Assembly (NCBI GenBank): GCA_963726265.1
Contig: CAVSBQ010000002.1
Coordinates: 861,795-925,794, forward strand
Source: Candidatus Aenigmatarchaeota archaeon
GTDB taxonomy: Archaea; Aenigmatarchaeota; Aenigmatarchaeia; QMZP01; QMZT01
DNA length: 64,000 nucleotides
Direction of reading: 5' to 3'
Shown here: positions 59,643 to 64,000 of the stretch, in pieces
How positions within the stretch are numbered: position 1 is the first letter of the stretch
Layout of the letters: every line of letters starts with the position of its first letter
Notes under the pieces: model-generated
The model's database searches: none
Seen by the model: only the letters and a program-made list of their open reading frames with translations
What the model was told of the DNA's origin: nothing
Translations under genes and position numbers: made by a program

Positions 59643-60011
59643 ATGGGAGACAGGATAAAAACCAAGAACGGCGAGGTATGGGTGGAAGGCGAAATCCTGA
59701 TGATGAAGATGTCAGGCGAGATAGAAGAGGATGAGATGAAAGAGATTGCGAGAATTAACATGGACATGATCAAGAAATTCAAATTGAAATACGTCCTGGT
59801 GGTTTCGGATGTCACGAAAACGTCTTTCGACGCAAGGCAGATGGCATCCAATTTTAACCTGGACCCGATAAAAAAAATAGCCATGATATGCAAAAACCCC
59901 GTGACCAGGATCATCGCCTCGTTCTTCATGCGAAAATATGCGTTAACGATACCGACCAAGCTTTTCTCCGATACCGAGGAAGCCAAGAAATGGTTAAGGG
60001 AGGGAAAGTGA
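59643..60011 (+). CDS. STAS/SpoIIAA-like small protein, paralogue 1
   Basis: 122 aa. About 45% identical to the next gene (…GEVWVEGEILMMKMSGE…KKFKLKYVLVVSDV…ICKNPVTRIIASFFMRKY…EEAKKWL). Confidence 0.5.
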   Translation: MGDRIKTKNGEVWVEGEILMMKMSGEIEEDEMKEIARINMDMIKKFKLKYVLVVSDVTKTSFDARQMASNFNLDPIKKIAMICKNPVTRIIASFFMRKYALTIPTKLFSDTEEAKKWLREGK

Positions 60012-60012
60012 C

Positions 60013-60387
60013 ATGGAAAAAGTAAAGTTAAAAAACAGCGAAGTATGGGTGGATGGAGATATACTCATGATTAAAATGTCGGGCGAGGCGACGTATGAAG
60101 AGATGGACGAAATCACGAACGCGAGCGCGGACCTGGTCAAAAAATTCAAACTGAAATACATCCTGGTGGACTCGGACGTCAGAAAGATGTCCTTGAGCGC
60201 GAGAAAAAAGAATTTCACTTACGTGGGAGCAGTAACAGTGGAAAAAATAGCCTTCATCTGCGCCAATCCGGTGACCCGAGCCATTGCCATGTTTTTAGTT
60301 AGGGGATACAAATTGGAGATACCGGTCAGGCTTTTCTCGAATGCCGAAGATGCCAAGAAATGGTTCAGTGAGGAGAAAAAGGCATGA
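60013..60387 (+). CDS. STAS/SpoIIAA-like small protein, paralogue 2
   Basis: 124 aa. Tandem duplicate of the preceding gene; 2-nt spacing. Confidence 0.5.
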   Translation: MEKVKLKNSEVWVDGDILMIKMSGEATYEEMDEITNASADLVKKFKLKYILVDSDVRKMSLSARKKNFTYVGAVTVEKIAFICANPVTRAIAMFLVRGYKLEIPVRLFSNAEDAKKWFSEEKKA

Positions 60388-60704
60388 AAGGAACGGAATC
60401 CGCAACGAGCGACATCGGGAAAAGGATAAACGAAATCCTCGACGTGCTCCAGAAGGCGGCAGCCGGCGACCTGAACGTCTCCGCCCCGATCAGCGAAAAG
60501 ACGGATGAGCTGGATGCGCTGGCGGCAGGCATAAACATGATGATAGAAGAGGTGAGGGAAAGGACCAAGGAGCTGGAACAGAAGAACGAGGAGCTCGCGA
60601 AGTTCAACAAAATGGCGGTCGGCAGGGAGCTGAAGATGATCGAGCTGAAAAAAAGGGTCGGGGAGCTGGAAAACCTGCTGCATGAACATGGCATCAAACC
60701 GTAG
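60384..60704 (+). CDS. HAMP-like domain protein ending in the same C-terminal coiled-coil motif as the PAS sensor (…VGRELKMIELKKRVGELE…)
   Basis: …DIGKRINEILDVLQKAAAGDLNVSAPISEKTDELDALAAGINMMIEEV… resembles HAMP (AS1-connector-AS2 with DExG). C-terminal 35 aa nearly identical in pattern to residues 500-535 of the 726-2333 protein. Confidence 0.5.
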   Translation: MKGTESATSDIGKRINEILDVLQKAAAGDLNVSAPISEKTDELDALAAGINMMIEEVRERTKELEQKNEELAKFNKMAVGRELKMIELKKRVGELENLLHEHGIKP

Positions 60705-60754
60705 CAGCTGCGCCGCGGCGAGACTGTTTTTATTCTAAGCAGTAAGATATTATC

Positions 60755-61567
60755 ATGCGCAAAGGAACGCCAGAAGCTGGAAAGCGCAGGATGCGCATAG
60801 TCCTTGCTTACCTGCGCAAAAAATACGGTGCTGAGGTCGATACTTCGATTCTGAAGAAGAGGAGCGATTTGTTCCGCCTTCTCATCTCGACCGTCCTCTC
60901 GCAGCGCGCGAAGGATGAGACGACCGAGATCGTGAGCGAGCGCCTGTTCTCGGTCGTGACCACACCCGAAGATATCCTGAAGCTCGGCCGCAGCAGGCTC
61001 GAAGCCCTCATTCGTCCTTCAGGCCCTTTCAGGCAGAAGGCGAGGAAGATAACCGAGATTTCGAAAGCGCTGGAGCGCGATTACAAAAATTCATTCCCGC
61101 GCACGCGCGAGGAGCTGATGGCGCTCCATGGCGTCGGGCCGAAGACCGCGGACATCGTCCTTTCGTACGGCTACGGCATTCCAGTCATCGCTGTCGACGT
61201 CCATGTCGAAGTTTGTTCGAAACGACTGGGATTCGCGAGGGCGAAGGCGAAATACGAGGAGATTCGCGCGAACCTCGAGAAACTCGTGCCCGAAAACGAG
61301 CGCTTCATCGTCAACCTCGGCCTCGTGAATTTCGGCAAGGCGATATGCATAACGCGGAAGCCGAAATGCGAGATATGCGGCCTGAGAAGGGTATGCAGTT
61401 ATTATGTTTCAAACAAAAATCTAAATCAGGCACGCAAAAATAAAATAAGGCGGGAGCATGGCCTACAGGGAAAGGAATTATCCGTTCACGAAGTCGCTGA
61501 CGTTCTACATCATAGCCCTGACTGTCCTGGTCTGGGCCGCTCAATTCGCCGCCTATCCGCTGGTTGA
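60755..61567 (+). CDS. nth: endonuclease III (Nth, HhH-GPD with 4Fe-4S cluster); the annotated stop is probably lost by an indel, causing read-through into the next gene
   Basis: …LISTVLSQRAKDE…LMALHGVGPKTADIVL…AVDVHV… and CITRKPKCEICGLRRVC cluster loop. The real C-terminus is probably near 61440, at the poly-A tract gcaaaaataaaataa. Confidence 0.8.
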   Translation: MRKGTPEAGKRRMRIVLAYLRKKYGAEVDTSILKKRSDLFRLLISTVLSQRAKDETTEIVSERLFSVVTTPEDILKLGRSRLEALIRPSGPFRQKARKITEISKALERDYKNSFPRTREELMALHGVGPKTADIVLSYGYGIPVIAVDVHVEVCSKRLGFARAKAKYEEIRANLEKLVPENERFIVNLGLVNFGKAICITRKPKCEICGLRRVCSYYVSNKNLNQARKNKIRREHGLQGKELSVHEVADVLHHSPDCPGLGRSIRRLSAG

Positions 61568-62141
61568 CGACGCCTTCTCGCTGGACGCAGGCTCGGTCAG
61601 CGCGGGCAATGCATACCAGCTCGTCACCTACATGTTCCTGCATGCCACCTATGTCGAAACCGCATCTGGTGGAATCACAATTTATCCAATACATATAGCC
61701 ATGAACATGTTCGTGCTCGCGATATTCGGCTTCCCGCTTGAGCGGACGCTCGGCAGAAAGAAATTCGTAACAGTTTATTTCCTTTCCGGCATAGGCTCGG
61801 CGCTGTTCTACATCTTCATGATGCCTGTGCTCGCCGGCGTAACCGGCGGAAGCCTTATAGGAGCGTCGGGCGCGGTCTTTGGCTTGCTCGCAGCCTACGC
61901 GTTCAAATACCCGAAGGCATGGGTCTACATGTTCGGCCTGGTCCCGATGCCTGCGGCTCTCATGCTGTTTTTCCTTTTAGTCGAAGAGGCGTTCCTCGGC
62001 GTAATGAGCCTGCAGCCGGGCGTCGCGAATTTCGGCCACGTGGGCGGCATAATAAGCGGCCTGCTCGTCATGGCAATATGGAAGCTCACCAGCCGCGAAA
62101 AGAAGTTCGGCGACGCGGGCTTCGAGTATGTCTGGGAGTAG
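61458..62141 (+). CDS. rhomboid-family intramembrane serine protease
   Basis: GASGAVFGLL (GxSG) on TM4 and H on TM6 (…ANFGHVGGII…); six TM helices. Confidence 0.8.
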   Translation: MAYRERNYPFTKSLTFYIIALTVLVWAAQFAAYPLVDDAFSLDAGSVSAGNAYQLVTYMFLHATYVETASGGITIYPIHIAMNMFVLAIFGFPLERTLGRKKFVTVYFLSGIGSALFYIFMMPVLAGVTGGSLIGASGAVFGLLAAYAFKYPKAWVYMFGLVPMPAALMLFFLLVEEAFLGVMSLQPGVANFGHVGGIISGLLVMAIWKLTSREKKFGDAGFEYVWE

Positions 62142-62193
62142 CGCAAAAAGGAAAACGGGAAAGGCTAATAAATCACGGATTGAAAAGTATAGC

Positions 62194-62889
62194 ATGAAAC
62201 TTACATATGCAATTCTGTCGGTTCTGGTGGTCGCGTCGGTTCTTGCGAGCGGCTGCGTCCAGCAGGGCGCTCCGGGAGGCGCAGATACGAACGGCGGAAC
62301 AGGCGGACAGCAGAACCCGCCGCTTTTTGGCGGGACGCCAAGCGGCCCCAAGCCGGGTGACTGGTCAACAGTCGCCATGACGACGACGAGCGCGAAGGCG
62401 ATCGAGTTCACCTACAAGAGCGTCGAGGTTACGCTCGGCAGCGTGGCGTACACGGGCATAGAGACGGAGACTGACACGAGCAACACCTTGATTATGTGGG
62501 AAAGGGGCAAGGAGACCAGCGGAGGCAAGATGTATTCGCTCAGCAAGGTCGGGCAGCTTACGCTCTGCAACGTCATAACGACCGAGCCAACGAATATGCC
62601 GGGCACTAAGGACCCGTATGCAAACGGCGCCGAGGGCGTAACGTCGCTGGGGACGGGGACGTACACCACTCCGACCAGCAAGACGGTCAGCGTGAACAAA
62701 TACAGATACAGCAAGGAAGGCGTGACGGGCGAATACTGGTACAGCAGCGAGGTCCCGTTCGTGATTGTCAAAAGCGACCTGAACATGACCGTCGTCGGCA
62801 GGGAAGTCAACACGAAGATGGAGCTCCAGGACTTCGGCACGGGCGCGACATCCACATTCGCGGAGAAGGACTTCGAGAAGTGCGAGTGA
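62194..62889 (+). CDS. secreted lipoprotein, hypothetical
   Basis: From MKLTYAILSVLVVASVLASGC (lipobox), then a Gly/Thr/Pro-rich linker and beta-rich domain. Confidence 0.45.
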   Translation: MKLTYAILSVLVVASVLASGCVQQGAPGGADTNGGTGGQQNPPLFGGTPSGPKPGDWSTVAMTTTSAKAIEFTYKSVEVTLGSVAYTGIETETDTSNTLIMWERGKETSGGKMYSLSKVGQLTLCNVITTEPTNMPGTKDPYANGAEGVTSLGTGTYTTPTSKTVSVNKYRYSKEGVTGEYWYSSEVPFVIVKSDLNMTVVGREVNTKMELQDFGTGATSTFAEKDFEKCE

Positions 62890-63009
62890 TTTCCCCCCTT
62901 TTCGTTCTTTGACGGATGGTTAGCCGAAGCTATTTAAAACAAAAACTGGGTAATTGAGTATTATACAACTTCGTGTATCATATCTCATCTTTGTACGGGT
63001 GGTGGTGTC

Positions 63010-64000
63010 ATGAAAAAAATAATTCCTGCCGAGAGGGCGGGCAAGGTCACTTACGCGATTCGCGACGTCGTGGTCGAGGCGAACAAGCTCAAGGCACAGG
63101 GGCATGAAGGTCCTGAACCTCAACATCGGCGATCCCAACGTCTACGACTTCGTTACCCCGCGGCACATAATAGAGGCCGTGGAGAAGGCGATGGAAAAGA
63201 ATCTCAATGGTTATGCGGATTCGGCAGGCGTCGAGGAGGCGAGGGAGGCGGTCGTGAAAGAAGCCGCCAGGGACGGCATCAAAGGCGTGACAAAAAGCGA
63301 CGTGCTGATAACCACAGGCGTCAGCGAGGGCATAGAGCTCGCGCTGAACGCCCTGCTCAACCCGGGAGAAAACGTCCTCACGCCCACGCCAGGCTATCCT
63401 GTTTACACGGCAGTCGTGCACAAGATAGGCGCGGCGCTGAACCAGTACAAAACGGACGAGGCGAATGGCTGGCAGCCGGACATAGACGATATTCGGAAGA
63501 AAATCAATTCGAAAACGAAAGGCATAATCCTCATAAATCCGAACAACCCGACAGGCTCCCTTTATTCCAAGAAGACGCTGCAGGAGATAGTCGACATCGC
63601 CCGCGAACACAACCTGCTCATATTCTCCGACGAGATATACAACAAGATTTTATTCGACGGCGAGAAGCACGTCTCGACCGCTTCACTGGCGAATGACATT
63701 CCGATTCTCACCTTCAACGGCCTCTCGAAGAACTACATCGTTCCGGGGTGGCGCGTGGGATGGATGATATTCAGCGGGCCAAGCGAGCTGCGCGCGGAAT
63801 TCCAGGAGACGGTCTTCCGCCTCGCGAGGGCGAGGCTCTGTTCGCCGGGGCCTTTTCAGTATGCCGTAAAGCCGGCGCTCGAAGGGCCGCAGGACCACAT
63901 ACCCGAGATGAACAGGAAGCTGCAGAAGCGCCGCGACCTCATCCACAAGCGCTTCAACGAAATCGAGGGTTTCTCATGCGCGAAGCCGAAGGGCGCATTC
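63010..64000 (+). CDS. class I/II pyridoxal-phosphate aminotransferase (alanine/aspartate aminotransferase-like); frame change at about 63105; 3' end beyond window
   Basis: After correcting one extra G in caggggcatg, the frame reads …KVLNLNIGDPNVYDF…GYADSAGV…ILINPNNPTGS…SKNYIVPGWRVGW…. Confidence 0.75.

Noticed and set aside
1-64000. CRISPR arrays, rRNA genes, transposases, integrases
   Set aside because: Looked for regularly spaced direct repeats, 16S/23S-like conserved stretches and DDE or tyrosine-recombinase motifs; none found. The only repeats are the short ones reported as findings.

Overview
This window looks like a chromosomal segment from a high-GC (about 58%) archaeon, with genes on both strands and densely packed. 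All calls are by eye from the translations; no searches were run.

Why archaeal: it carries transcription factor TFB, DNA topoisomerase VI subunits A and B, a complete A1A0 (A-type) ATP synthase operon in the order atpH-I-K-E-C-F-A-B-D, Spt4, RNA polymerase subunit E', aIF1A, aIF2-alpha, aIF5A, ribosomal proteins S24e and S27e, Trm1, pelota, MBF1, SRP54 and two tRNAs (Phe-GAA, Asn-GTT).

Most prominent content: a near-complete gene set for the archaeal 'alternative' mevalonate pathway sits within about 8 kb. It comprises isopentenyl phosphate kinase, IDI-2, a UbiX-like prenyl-FMN synthase, aconitase-X-type phosphomevalonate dehydratase small and large subunits, a UbiD-like decarboxylase and mevalonate kinase. 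Several unassigned small genes are interleaved with it.

Accessory content:
- Two AT-rich islets carry toxin-antitoxin modules. One is a MntA/HepT-like nucleotidyltransferase plus HEPN pair. The other is a winged-helix protein plus a RelE/ParE-fold protein, inserted at the 3' end of a yjbQ-family gene and bounded by a ~40-bp direct repeat that re-encodes the gene's C-terminus.
- A very large (about 1,830 aa) cysteine-rich, repeat-containing surface protein with a signal peptide and a C-terminal membrane anchor.
- A 540-aa protein with an archaeal type-IV-pilin-like (class III) signal peptide.
- Small sensory proteins (multi-PAS, tandem STAS-like, HAMP) that share an unusual conserved C-terminal coiled-coil motif.

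Caveat: at least nine otherwise well-conserved genes are split by single-base frame changes, several at homopolymers (fni, ubiD-like, the KH protein, the giant surface protein, the M20 peptidase, hisS, nth stop read-through, the aminotransferase). This suggests either an indel-prone assembly or real gene decay, and it must be resolved before interpreting pseudogenes.

No rRNA, CRISPR array, transposase or integrase was seen.
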